From: Spirochaetia bacterium
Lineage (GTDB): Bacteria > Spirochaetota > Spirochaetia > CADAEX01
DNA length: 64,000 nucleotides
Direction of reading: 5' to 3'
NCBI GenBank assembly: GCA_017554185.1
Contig: JAFZIU010000077.1
Coordinates: 182 to 64,181 of the forward strand
How positions within the stretch are numbered: position 1 is the first letter of the stretch; the number at the start of each line of letters is the position of its first letter. Below, piece by piece: positions 8,455-17,525 of the stretch. The notes beneath the pieces are model-generated. The model ran no database searches. It saw only the letters and a list, made by a program, of their open reading frames with translations, and was not told where the DNA came from. Made by a program: the position numbers and the translations under genes.

Positions 8455-10422
8455 TTATGCAACTGCTGCCTTTTTCTTCTCTCTGATGTACCGTGTAAAA
8501 TGGAGGAATGCACCTGCACCAAACAGAACCAGCATGGAGATAAGGGCATAATCCTTCATGAAGAAGAAGCTTATTGTGGAGAGTGAGAACAGAATCATCT
8601 CTACAAAGCTCATCTTAGTGAACCAGAACCGCTGCGGAACTATGATGAGAGGGAACATGAACAGCATGAATTCAAGGAAGTTCTTTCCGACAATAAGCAA
8701 TGGGGCGTTGAACAGAAGTCCAGGCCAGATTACAAACATGAACGGAAGGAAATAGATGAACGGTGCCATTGTCATGGCAGTGACTCCTACCTTCATCGGC
8801 TTAGCACCTGCTATACCGGCTCCTACATATGCAGAAAGACATACTGGAGGGGTAATTGCAGAAAGGATTGCGAAGTAGAATACAAACAGGTGTGCTGCAA
8901 GCATCGGAGCACCCAGCTGTACCAGAGCAGGAACGCCCAGCGCTGCCAGAACTATGTATGCTGCCAGAGTAGGAAGTCCCATTCCCAGGATAACACACAT
9001 AAGAGCAGTGAAGGCAAGACCTATGAACAGGTTTCCGTTGGCAACAGAAAGAATTCCATATGCCAGACGTTCGCCGAATCCTGTCATAGACATAATTCCT
9101 ACAATAAGTCCGCATCCTGCACAGGAAGTGGTGATAGGAATCATAATCTTGGATGCCAGTGCCATAGCTTTCAGAATCTTGACTATTCCGACTCTCTTCT
9201 CTTTGAACGGCAGATAGCTGACTATAAGTGCCACTATGGACCACATTACAGCAAACTGTGTACTGAACTGAAGCGAGAGGAGGATAACAAGCACTGTGAT
9301 TGGAATAAGCAGAGGAACAACTTTCTTTGCAGATTCCTTGAAATCAGGAAGCTGTGATTTTGGAAGGCCTGTCATACCCTGCTTTCTTGCCCGGACATCA
9401 ACTACAAAGAACATACAGGTGAAATAGAGCACCGACGGCAGGAATGCTGCGATGCAGACTGCCCAGTAGGTGTTTCCTGTATACTCTGCAATAACAAATG
9501 CTGCAGCTCCCATGATAGGAGGCATGAACTGTCCTGCGGTGGAGGATACTGCCTCGATGGCAGCAGCCACGTGCCGCTTGAAGCCCATGGAAATCATAAG
9601 CGGAATGGTTACAGAACCGGTTGTTGCAACGTTACCGCTGGCACTTCCGGAAAGCATTCCCATGAAACCGCTGGATACTACAGCTACTTTTGCCGGGCCG
9701 CCGGTAAGATGGCCGGCAATCGCCTTAGAGAAATCCATAAACAGGTTGGTGGCGTTGGAAATCTTAAGGAAGGACGCAAACAGCATGAAGAATACAATCT
9801 GTGTACATCCTGTGGACATAAGGTCTCCAAGCATACCTTCTGTTCCAATTACCAGCTGGGTCACAAGCTGAGACGGCTCAAAGCCCACATGGGCAAAGAA
9901 CCGCGGCATATATGGACCCACGAAGCAGTACAGAAGGAAGACAAAGGCAATAATAGACATTGCCATGCCGATTGATCTTCTTATTGCCTCAAAGGTAAGG
10001 AAGATGAACAGGAAGGTGAACACCACCTCGTATGTCTGTGGATCTGGATAGATATAGAGCGGAACCCAGCGCAGCCGCGCCCAGATACATATTGCTATGA
10101 TAAGGGCAATCAGAATCAGGTTGAGCACGGTCTCTATCTTCTTATTCTTGAAGAAGCCGGATGGATATACCATGAATACGATTGTGTACATAAGCATGAT
10201 ATGCACCGGTCTCTGAATGTTAGGCGGGAAAGCGAATGCAAAAATCTCAAAGACCGGGATACCGATGACTATGACCCCGATGACAAACAGGAACTTCTTG
10301 ATCCAATCATGCTTGAAAAAAGCAGTCACACCCTGAAAATCGTCATCGTCGTAGATGTTGATTCCCATCTCCTTTTCGAGCTCTTCAATTTCAGCTTTGT
10401 TGAATTGTTTAGCTTCGGCCAC
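8455..10422 (-). CDS. TRAP transporter fused permease (TAXI-type 4TM/12TM DctQM fusion)
   Basis: 655 aa polytopic membrane protein. Adjacent to a TAXI binding protein. Confidence 0.85.
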   Translation of the reverse strand: MAEAKQFNKAEIEELEKEMGINIYDDDDFQGVTAFFKHDWIKKFLFVIGVIVIGIPVFEIFAFAFPPNIQRPVHIMLMYTIVFMVYPSGFFKNKKIETVLNLILIALIIAICIWARLRWVPLYIYPDPQTYEVVFTFLFIFLTFEAIRRSIGMAMSIIAFVFLLYCFVGPYMPRFFAHVGFEPSQLVTQLVIGTEGMLGDLMSTGCTQIVFFMLFASFLKISNATNLFMDFSKAIAGHLTGGPAKVAVVSSGFMGMLSGSASGNVATTGSVTIPLMISMGFKRHVAAAIEAVSSTAGQFMPPIMGAAAFVIAEYTGNTYWAVCIAAFLPSVLYFTCMFFVVDVRARKQGMTGLPKSQLPDFKESAKKVVPLLIPITVLVILLSLQFSTQFAVMWSIVALIVSYLPFKEKRVGIVKILKAMALASKIMIPITTSCAGCGLIVGIMSMTGFGERLAYGILSVANGNLFIGLAFTALMCVILGMGLPTLAAYIVLAALGVPALVQLGAPMLAAHLFVFYFAILSAITPPVCLSAYVGAGIAGAKPMKVGVTAMTMAPFIYFLPFMFVIWPGLLFNAPLLIVGKNFLEFMLFMFPLIIVPQRFWFTKMSFVEMILFSLSTISFFFMKDYALISMLVLFGAGAFLHFTRYIREKKKAAVA

Positions 10423-10437
10423 AGACTACCTCTTAAA

Positions 10438-11409
10438 TTATTTGATGATTCCTTTTTCCTTGAAGTATTTCAGAGCACCTGGGTGCATAGGAATTGGAAG
10501 TCCACCCTGTGGGTCATCCTTGTTGATCCATGGAACGTTGCTTGGCATAGCTTCCTGGAGGAAGTCCCAATGTTCCCACCATACTTTTGTGAACTCATAT
10601 GCCTGATCTTCTGGCAGTGTATCGAGACACATAATGAAGTATGTACTCTGGAACTGCTGTGCATCTGGAACATTGAACTCAGATCCGAATGTTGTGGATG
10701 AATAGTATGGATACTTCTCCATGAATTTCTTAGCAAGAGCATCGTCTGTAGGAAGGAATCTAATCTTTCTTGCAGTTGTGATCTCTTTCAGCTTTGCATG
10801 GCCGTGACCGAATGCATAGATAAGACAATCGGCCTGTCCATCGATGAACATTCTGGTTGCATCGTTTTTCATGATTCTGTAGATTCTTGCAGTCTGGTCA
10901 GTTACACCTGCCCATGAAAGAAGCTCGGAGAATGCGATTCCGTCTGGCTCGCCCTCTACATAGGTTGCAATACTCTTGCCCTTAAGGTCTGCCAATGTCT
11001 TGATGTTGGAATCAGCGTTTACAACGATGTTGAAGATTCCAGGCCAGATTCCGAACAGAATTCTGATGTTCTGTGGTTTGTCCCATGGCTCTTTTCCCTG
11101 AAGAGCTGTATATCCGCCAAGAGGCTCGCCCAATGCCAGCTGAGCTTTTCCTTCAGCCATTGCCTTGATGCTCTCGTTGGTAAGTCCAGGGGATGCACTG
11201 TTCATTGCAATGAAGTTTGTATTGTCAGTAATCAGTTTTGCATAAGCTGCACCGCATGCATACCATGATCCTCCGATTGAAGATGACTTGATGACTACAA
11301 ACTGCTTTCCGCCATCAGCTCCACCTTCGCCTTTCTCTTTGCTTCCACCGGCAAATACCATGCCAGCTGCAAGAAGAAGAACTAAAGCAAACAGTAATAC
11401 TTTTTTCAT
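10438..11409 (-). CDS. TAXI-family TRAP transporter solute-binding subunit
   Basis: Signal peptide plus TAXI fold motifs (IGGSWYACGAAYAKL). Confidence 0.85.
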   Translation of the reverse strand: MKKVLLFALVLLLAAGMVFAGGSKEKGEGGADGGKQFVVIKSSSIGGSWYACGAAYAKLITDNTNFIAMNSASPGLTNESIKAMAEGKAQLALGEPLGGYTALQGKEPWDKPQNIRILFGIWPGIFNIVVNADSNIKTLADLKGKSIATYVEGEPDGIAFSELLSWAGVTDQTARIYRIMKNDATRMFIDGQADCLIYAFGHGHAKLKEITTARKIRFLPTDDALAKKFMEKYPYYSSTTFGSEFNVPDAQQFQSTYFIMCLDTLPEDQAYEFTKVWWEHWDFLQEAMPSNVPWINKDDPQGGLPIPMHPGALKYFKEKGIIK

Positions 11410-11442
11410 ACTTTTCTCTCCTTTTTGTTTTGTTATTTTAAT

Positions 11443-11470
11443 AATATAGGGGGGGCTCCGGTGCCGTAAA
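11443..11470 (-). promoter_or_regulatory. candidate sigma70-like promoter of the TAXI-TRAP-M20 operon (minus strand -35 TTTACG, 16-nt spacer containing a C7 homopolymer, -10 TATATT)
   Basis: Plus-strand G7 tract at 11449..11455 lies inside the spacer. Hexamers are weak and read by eye. Confidence 0.3.
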
Positions 11471-11564
11471 TGGGAAAATTTCCTAAATTCCCGGGCATGG
11501 AAAACATTTTCCCGAAAGGTTTACAGAACCGCTTTTAGCCGTTATAGTAATAGAGGAGATTCGT

Positions 11565-11792
11565 ATGATGAACGACAGAATAAGCAAGCTGGGCCTTCTA
11601 TTTATTATTGTGGGTTTCTTCATGCTCTGTGTCAGCTATGCCATAGAAAATTTCGATATATTATACTCTGTTGATCCAGGCTATCTGTCAGCCCTGGGCG
11701 GCTTTACCCTCGTCACCGGCATGCTGGTGCTGGCCATCACCGGAACCTTCTATATCCTCAAGATGCTGGTCAGAAGATTTACAAAGAAATAA
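11565..11792 (+). CDS. small 2-TM membrane protein (75 aa)
   Basis: GAGGAG RBS. Two hydrophobic helices. Confidence 0.45.
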   Translation: MMNDRISKLGLLFIIVGFFMLCVSYAIENFDILYSVDPGYLSALGGFTLVTGMLVLAITGTFYILKMLVRRFTKK

Positions 11793-11911
11793 TTTTGTAA
11801 ATAAATAAATTTTTGTAAATAAAGTTAAAAAATAGTTGACAAAAAGTTATACATCAAGTTATATTTTATAATGTATTCATGTTTATATACTATTAGTATA
11901 TATATTAAGGA

Positions 11912-13309
11912 GTGAGAATGAAAAACAAGCTAATTTTTCTTTTGTGCGCAGTAATTGTACTGATGTTGTGTGCTTGTGATTCAGGAAGTGTTAAAAATAG
12001 CAGTTTAGACAGCGATACAGTCACAGTATCCCTTGCTGTTGCAGGGGAAAATATCTCTTCAAAAGCAATCTCAATCGGCAACCCTTGGGTTGGAAGCGAC
12101 ATAATATTTCAGTATAAGGCAATTCCAAGCTTTAAGCTTGCAAACGGGAAAGATCCTATAGGCTCAACTGGTGATGTCTGGACCGATTTCCCTTCCAGTT
12201 TTAATGGCTCCAGCTTTGAGCTGACTATCTCAAGAGGAGACTGGACTTTTGATGTCCGCGGCATCGATAAAAATGATGCTTCCATCATTTTATACAAGTT
12301 GCCAGCCAAGATGAGCTTTTCTTCCTCTTCCACATCAACAAACACCATTGTCTTCAATATTGAGAAAATGCCTGAGGGATTTGGCACTGCCTGCTTGAAT
12401 ATCCTTGTACAGACCGACATTGATGATGGAAGACTTATTGTCGAGTATAACGCTGTCGGCAGTGACGATTCTTATGAGTACACTTTTGACAGACCTACAG
12501 ATATCGATAAATATAAGGCCTTTTTTGCAGAAAACCTTGATCTTGCCAGCGGCACCTATATAATGACTTTCAACTATAAGGACAGTGAGTACAAGGCAGA
12601 TCTGGGCCCCTATATTGTTGAGATTGTGAACAAAAAGATTACCACTGTTGAGGGACGGATTGCAACGAATCGTCCATTCAGATTCGTAATGTCTGGAAGC
12701 ACCGAAGGCGTCCCCAGAATGAGCTTGAGTGAGTGTATCGTCTACTTTGATACAACAGTCGACCAGAATGTTGATTTAACTTTGTCAAAAGGAACTTTCT
12801 TCATACCAAGAGAGGGATCCTATACTCTCAATCCATCCCCATTCGCAGAAAGCCAGATAGAAATAGAGAAGCAGAGCATAAATAAGCAACAGCAGCTTGA
12901 AGTTAAGAAAGTTGAAGTTCAAAAAGCCGAAGCCCAGAAGGCTGAAGCTAAAAAAGCTGTAATAGAAAAGCAGCTTGAGCAGAAAATTGTAGTTCAGAAT
13001 GAACCTGCAAAAATAATTGAAAAACAGAAGATAAAAGAGTTGATCAAGGATGAAATAACAAAACCGCAGGATCGTGGCATTACTTTCAAATATGATTTTA
13101 TCTGTGATAGCGTTTTGGTTGACTCTGAACGGGTAAAATGGTGTTATAACTACGATACCAAGCGCTGGGAATTCTCCTTGCCGGCATCCTTGTTTAACAA
13201 TAACATTGCTGCCGCAAATCATACTCTTGTTATCAAAGCTTCTGTATTTATTGGCGAAGAACTTGTACTCGGCACAGAGAGTGAGCCTGTTGCAATTCAC
13301 TTAGAGTAA
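11912..13309 (+). CDS. lipoprotein with a central K/E/A/Q-rich coiled-coil repeat region (KKVEVQKAEAQKAEAKKAVIEKQLEQK)
   Basis: Lipobox (LMLCAC). Gene and its 120-nt upstream region are AT-rich (about 38% and 20% GC). Tandem 15-nt DNA repeats near 12890..12960. Confidence 0.6.
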   Translation: MRMKNKLIFLLCAVIVLMLCACDSGSVKNSSLDSDTVTVSLAVAGENISSKAISIGNPWVGSDIIFQYKAIPSFKLANGKDPIGSTGDVWTDFPSSFNGSSFELTISRGDWTFDVRGIDKNDASIILYKLPAKMSFSSSSTSTNTIVFNIEKMPEGFGTACLNILVQTDIDDGRLIVEYNAVGSDDSYEYTFDRPTDIDKYKAFFAENLDLASGTYIMTFNYKDSEYKADLGPYIVEIVNKKITTVEGRIATNRPFRFVMSGSTEGVPRMSLSECIVYFDTTVDQNVDLTLSKGTFFIPREGSYTLNPSPFAESQIEIEKQSINKQQQLEVKKVEVQKAEAQKAEAKKAVIEKQLEQKIVVQNEPAKIIEKQKIKELIKDEITKPQDRGITFKYDFICDSVLVDSERVKWCYNYDTKRWEFSLPASLFNNNIAAANHTLVIKASVFIGEELVLGTESEPVAIHLE

Positions 13310-13332
13310 GTTCTGGGTTAATTGATTTATAC

Positions 13333-13363
13333 ATCCCTGTGTTCTATGGCACAGGGATTTTTT
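13333..13363 (+). terminator. rho-independent terminator (tccctgtg-N8-cacaggga plus T6) immediately 5' of tRNA-Gly
   Basis: Seen in sequence. Closely resembles the terminator at 38184. Confidence 0.6.
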
Positions 13364-13434
13364 GCGGGCGTCGTATAGTGGTAATACCTAAGCTTCCCAA
13401 GCTTATGTCGGGGGTCCGATTCCCCTCGCCCGCT
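13364..13434 (+). tRNA. tRNA-Gly(CCC)
   Basis: Cloverleaf: acceptor GCGGGCG/CGCCCGC, D-arm GTATAGTGGTAATAC, anticodon arm TAAGC-TTCCCAA-GCTTA, T-loop TCCGATT. No encoded CCA. Confidence 0.85.
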
Positions 13435-13443
13435 TAATTTATT

Positions 13444-14289
13444 ATGACTGGACTGGTGATGGAAGGCGGAGCCATGCGGGGTATGTTCACCGCTGGTGTC
13501 TGCGATGTGCTTATGGAGCACGGCATAAAATTCGACGGTGCAATAGGTGTCTCGGCCGGCGCCACCTTTGGCTGCAACTACAAATCACATCAGATAGGCC
13601 GCGTGATACGGTACAACAAGCGTTTTGCCCGCAACTGGAGGTACTGCAGCCTCCGTTCCCTGTTCCTTACCGGCGACCTGTATGGCGCCGACTTCTGCTA
13701 CGACAAGATACCTAACCAGTTCGATCCTTTCGATTACGACACCTTTGCCAAAGACCCCATGCGCTTTTATGTGGTGGTCTCTGACTGCATGACCGGCGAG
13801 CCTATCTATAAAGAACTCAAAACTGGCCGAGGAACAGAGCTTACCTGGATGCGGGCCAGTGCCAGCATGCCATTAGTCTCCAGCGTGGTCAAAGTGGATG
13901 GCTACTGCCTTCTGGACGGAGGCATGACCGATTCCATCCCTCTAAAGAAGTTTCAGGAGATGGGATACGACAAGAACATTGTGATTTTGACACAGCCTAA
14001 AGATTTCATCAAAGAACCGGATTCCCTTCTGAAGCCTATGCGCCTTACACTGCATCGCTATCCCAAGCTGCTGGCAAAGATGGAGAACCGCCATGTCGAA
14101 TACAACCATCAGCATGATTATGCCTTCCAGCAGGAAAAAGAGGGGAAAGCCATAGTGATCTGCCCCGATAAGCCACTGGGAATATCACGCGTAGAGCATA
14201 ATCCAGACGAACTCCAGCGTTGCTATGACGCAGGCCGCCAGGTTGCAGAAACCCGTCTGGAAGAGATTAAAAAATTTCTGAATAACTAA
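13444..14289 (+). CDS. patatin-like phospholipase
   Basis: Gly-rich oxyanion hole (MEGGAMRG), nucleophile elbow GVSAG, Asp in DGG (LLDGGMTD). Confidence 0.8.
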   Translation: MTGLVMEGGAMRGMFTAGVCDVLMEHGIKFDGAIGVSAGATFGCNYKSHQIGRVIRYNKRFARNWRYCSLRSLFLTGDLYGADFCYDKIPNQFDPFDYDTFAKDPMRFYVVVSDCMTGEPIYKELKTGRGTELTWMRASASMPLVSSVVKVDGYCLLDGGMTDSIPLKKFQEMGYDKNIVILTQPKDFIKEPDSLLKPMRLTLHRYPKLLAKMENRHVEYNHQHDYAFQQEKEGKAIVICPDKPLGISRVEHNPDELQRCYDAGRQVAETRLEEIKKFLNN

Positions 14290-14290
14290 T

Positions 14291-14767
14291 CTATTTCTCT
14301 TTGATCACTTTACCGGTGATATGCTCGGGAACCAGCTCAAGACAGGTGACCTTGGGACCGCTTTTCTCAACAGTCTTCTCGATGAATTCAGGTGCAAAGT
14401 TGAACTTATAGCAAAGCTTTCTGCAGATATCAAGTGCCTTATCATGATCCTCCACAATGCGAATACGGCCGAACACAATCACGCTCTTGAAATGGAGAAA
14501 CCATCCCTCTGCATCTGGGGTTCCTTTGTCCATCACGCAGAAAGAGACCTTGTCGTGCCTGCTGATGGAATCAATCTTATGCCCCTCGCCTGCGCCGTGG
14601 AAATAGATGCGGCCATCGGCCTCCGAATAGTAGAAATCAAGGGGGATTCCATAGGGATAATCATCATCCCCGAGAACGGAGAGGACACCCCGCACCTCGC
14701 CCTTTAGAATAGCGATGCACTCCTCCCGGGAAAGCTGCTGCTTGATCCGGCGCATAGGTCTGAACAT
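14291..14767 (-). CDS. pyridoxamine 5'-phosphate oxidase family (FMN-binding split-barrel) protein
   Basis: 158 aa with PNPOx-like fold signature. Confidence 0.65.
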   Translation of the reverse strand: MFRPMRRIKQQLSREECIAILKGEVRGVLSVLGDDDYPYGIPLDFYYSEADGRIYFHGAGEGHKIDSISRHDKVSFCVMDKGTPDAEGWFLHFKSVIVFGRIRIVEDHDKALDICRKLCYKFNFAPEFIEKTVEKSGPKVTCLELVPEHITGKVIKEK

Positions 14768-14768
14768 G

Positions 14769-15410
14769 CTATCTCCTGCGGCCGAAAAGACGCTCTGCAG
14801 GATTAACCCTGAAGCGGATTACAAAATAAAGGTAGGCAAAGGCAAAGCCGCCCAGGTGGGTCAGATGGGCAACCCCGGCGTTGTAGCCAGTCATCTGATA
14901 TACAATCTCAAGCACAGTGTACCCGAGGATAAGCATCCGTGCCGACATGGGGACAATACCGAAAAGGAACACGGTGGAATCAGGGAATATCACAGCATAG
15001 GCCAGAAGCACTGCAAAGAGGGCACCGGAGGCACCCAGAAGGAAGATGCGATAATAACCGGTGTTCACATAGACAAAGTAAGAGAAGATGCCGGCAAGAG
15101 TTCCGCATACAAAGTAGAACAGGAGGAATTCCTTGCTGCCTATAGACTGTTCCACAGCCATGCCGAAAAAGTAGAGACCAAGCATGTTGAAGAAAAGGTG
15201 GCTCAGGCTTCCGTGAACAAACATGTAGGTTACAAACTGCCAGTACATGTGATGATGAGCCACGTTGATAGGGTTCATGGCCAGGTACGATGCAATCCGG
15301 CTGTTCATGGAGGTAAGCAGGAATATTGCCACATTGACTATGATTATGTAGAGGCACCAGTTCTTGTAAACATATCTGAATCTGGTTGAAAGAAGGTCAC
15401 GGATTTTCAT
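14769..15410 (-). CDS. rhomboid family intramembrane serine protease
   Basis: 6 TM. GASGALF catalytic Ser motif and downstream AHLTHLGG His. Confidence 0.8.
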   Translation of the reverse strand: MKIRDLLSTRFRYVYKNWCLYIIIVNVAIFLLTSMNSRIASYLAMNPINVAHHHMYWQFVTYMFVHGSLSHLFFNMLGLYFFGMAVEQSIGSKEFLLFYFVCGTLAGIFSYFVYVNTGYYRIFLLGASGALFAVLLAYAVIFPDSTVFLFGIVPMSARMLILGYTVLEIVYQMTGYNAGVAHLTHLGGFAFAYLYFVIRFRVNPAERLFGRRR

Positions 15411-16411
15411 CGGTTTTCTCCTTTGAATGGCTTAAGGAATGAGTCGAAGAGAGCGCTTATATCGTCCAGGACTGGGCTTGCCGGATAGGAGTTCACAATA
15501 GTCTCTCGGCTTGATGAGAGGATTTCAAAAGCTTTTTTCTTTGCCTTCTCGATTGCTCCGGTGGCTTCAATTATAGCAATGGCTTCCTCCACTGCATCAC
15601 CCGCTTTTTCGATTCCCTGATTGCCTGCGTAAGCAAAGATTTCTTTAAGACGGGCCATATCGCCGCCCAGCAGGCTGCACAGTATTACAGGAAGGCTCTT
15701 CTTTCCCTCAACTATGTCGTCACCCCGCTTTTTACCAGGGTTTCCTGTAGTCAGGTTGGTCACATCATCCAAGATCTGGAAGCCCACACCCATCTGCTGA
15801 CAGACCTTTCCCATGGCAAGAGCTGTCTCTTCGGAACCACCTCCGGCACGTACACCCAGGCGCCCGGAAAGCTGTGAAAGCGCACCTGTCTTGAAGCTGC
15901 ACATAGTCATATATTCATCTTCGGAAGGGATGTAGTCCTTGTCCCTGTGCCACAGGATATCAAGCCCCTGCCCTATGTGGAGATGGGTCATGCTGTCGTT
16001 GTAATAGCGGTAAGCTGCAAGCTTTATCTCGTCTTTGAAGCTGCTTGAGTCGATGCAGATATGAGGCAGGAAGTAGAGGAAGTTACCTGTGTTGATGGAG
16101 AGGTCGGTGCCATATATAAGATGAACTGCCGGTTTGCCCCGGCGGAAGTCTGATGAATCCTCGATGTCGTCTATGATCAGGGTACCGTTGTGGGGAAGCT
16201 CCACCAGAGGTGTGAAGGCAAGGATATCGTCATCGCTTTTGTACAGCTGGTAGAAGAGCATCATCAAAAGGGGACGCCACCGCTTGCCACCCCGGGCTAT
16301 CAGGTCAAGGGCAGGTGCATTGATCTGGCTCAGGAACTGGTCTTTGACCATATTCATTTTTTTAGGGAAAATGGTCTGTAAATATTCCTCGATTTTTGTT
16401 AATCTCATCAT
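15407..16411 (-). CDS. polyprenyl diphosphate synthase (trans-isoprenyl diphosphate synthase family)
   Basis: Both DDxxD motifs (LIIDDIEDSSD and FQILDDVTN). Confidence 0.85.
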   Translation of the reverse strand: MMRLTKIEEYLQTIFPKKMNMVKDQFLSQINAPALDLIARGGKRWRPLLMMLFYQLYKSDDDILAFTPLVELPHNGTLIIDDIEDSSDFRRGKPAVHLIYGTDLSINTGNFLYFLPHICIDSSSFKDEIKLAAYRYYNDSMTHLHIGQGLDILWHRDKDYIPSEDEYMTMCSFKTGALSQLSGRLGVRAGGGSEETALAMGKVCQQMGVGFQILDDVTNLTTGNPGKKRGDDIVEGKKSLPVILCSLLGGDMARLKEIFAYAGNQGIEKAGDAVEEAIAIIEATGAIEKAKKKAFEILSSSRETIVNSYPASPVLDDISALFDSFLKPFKGENR

Positions 16412-16444
16412 ATATAATGTAAGGGTAATGGGGATTTAGTTCAA

Positions 16445-17041
16445 GTGAAAAAAGGAACCTGGGACGACGATTTTTATACCAAGAAGGCACAGAAGGAGGG
16501 CTACCCTGCCCGTTCTGTCTATAAACTGCAGGAGATTCAGCAGAAGTTCAGCGTGATAAAGAAGGATTTCAAGGTGCTGGATGTGGGGGCTGCCCCGGGA
16601 AGCTGGACCATGTACATCATGAAGATGCTGGGTGAGTCCGGATTTCTTTCGGCCATTGACCTTAAGCCGCTGAGCATAACTGTAAAGAACCCCAATTTTT
16701 TCTTTGTCCAGGGCGATGCTTTTGACCCCGAGAACATAAGAGTGCTGGCAGAGAAAGGGCCTTACAATGCGGTAGTAAGCGATGCTGCCCCCTCCACCAC
16801 CGGCAACAAGATAGTGGATACCGAGCGCTCAATCCAGCTGATTGAATCGATTTACAGCACTGCACTGCAGGTGCTTACCCCCGGCGGCAACTTTGTGTTC
16901 AAGATGTTCCAAGGGGGCAAGGAGAAAGAGATCCTTGATGATATGAAGAAGCACTTTAATGCGGTGAAGATACTTAAGCCGCAGGCTTCCCGCAGCAATT
17001 CCTTCGAAACGTTTGTGATAGGGCTGGGTAAGAAAGCTTAA
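16445..17041 (+). CDS. rlmE: 23S rRNA (uridine2552-2'-O)-methyltransferase RlmE/FtsJ
   Basis: SAM motif VLDVGAAPGSW, K-D-K-E catalytic residues. GTG start. Confidence 0.85.
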   Translation: MKKGTWDDDFYTKKAQKEGYPARSVYKLQEIQQKFSVIKKDFKVLDVGAAPGSWTMYIMKMLGESGFLSAIDLKPLSITVKNPNFFFVQGDAFDPENIRVLAEKGPYNAVVSDAAPSTTGNKIVDTERSIQLIESIYSTALQVLTPGGNFVFKMFQGGKEKEILDDMKKHFNAVKILKPQASRSNSFETFVIGLGKKA

Positions 17042-17502
17042 AGCAGGCCTTTACCACCCTTCCCGCCCAGGATCTTGCCCCCCGCGGCAAGACCCAAGGC
17101 AATGGCGGCCACGCCCACCACTGCCTTCAGGACCGTGTTCACCTGGCTCGACTCTTTAGTGCCGTATTTGCACCAGTGGGTGAAGTGCTCGCAGTTGTTG
17201 AATGCAATGTTGTACTCGCCATGGAGCTTGCCCACCATGGATTTGGCCCTCTCCACCACACGGTCCGGCGGGAAGGCGCCCGGCTCATCCGTCTCCTCCA
17301 CATAGAGCCCGCTGCCTTCAAGAAAGTCTGCAAGAGAAGTCTCGATTATCTTAGCTCTTTCGGCATCCAGCTCTATACCTATGCCGGCCGAATAGTGGAT
17401 GACCCGGCCGTTCCCAATGTAAATGCCATAGTGTTTGTATAATCCCCGGTCTGCCACAATCACATCGCCGGCCAGCGGAACTTTTTCTGTAATACTCTTC
17501 AT
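17038..17502 (-). CDS. LRAT/PLAAT-like NlpC/P60-superfamily protein with C-terminal Gly-rich membrane anchor
   Basis: His (KHYGIYIG) plus NCEHF catalytic Cys signature of the LRAT/H-rev107 family. Tail KAVVGVAAIALGLAAGGKILGG. GGAGG RBS. Confidence 0.65.
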   Translation of the reverse strand: MKSITEKVPLAGDVIVADRGLYKHYGIYIGNGRVIHYSAGIGIELDAERAKIIETSLADFLEGSGLYVEETDEPGAFPPDRVVERAKSMVGKLHGEYNIAFNNCEHFTHWCKYGTKESSQVNTVLKAVVGVAAIALGLAAGGKILGGKGGKGLL

Positions 17503-17525
17503 AATCTAAATATACCTCCGATAAT

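Noticed and set aside
12880-13010. Tandem 15-nt repeats (gccgaagcccagaag / gctgaagctaaaaaag) that could be mistaken for a CRISPR-like or VNTR array
   Set aside because: They are in-frame coding repeats (KAEAQ/KAEAK) inside the lipoprotein gene. There is no spacer/repeat architecture and no cas genes.
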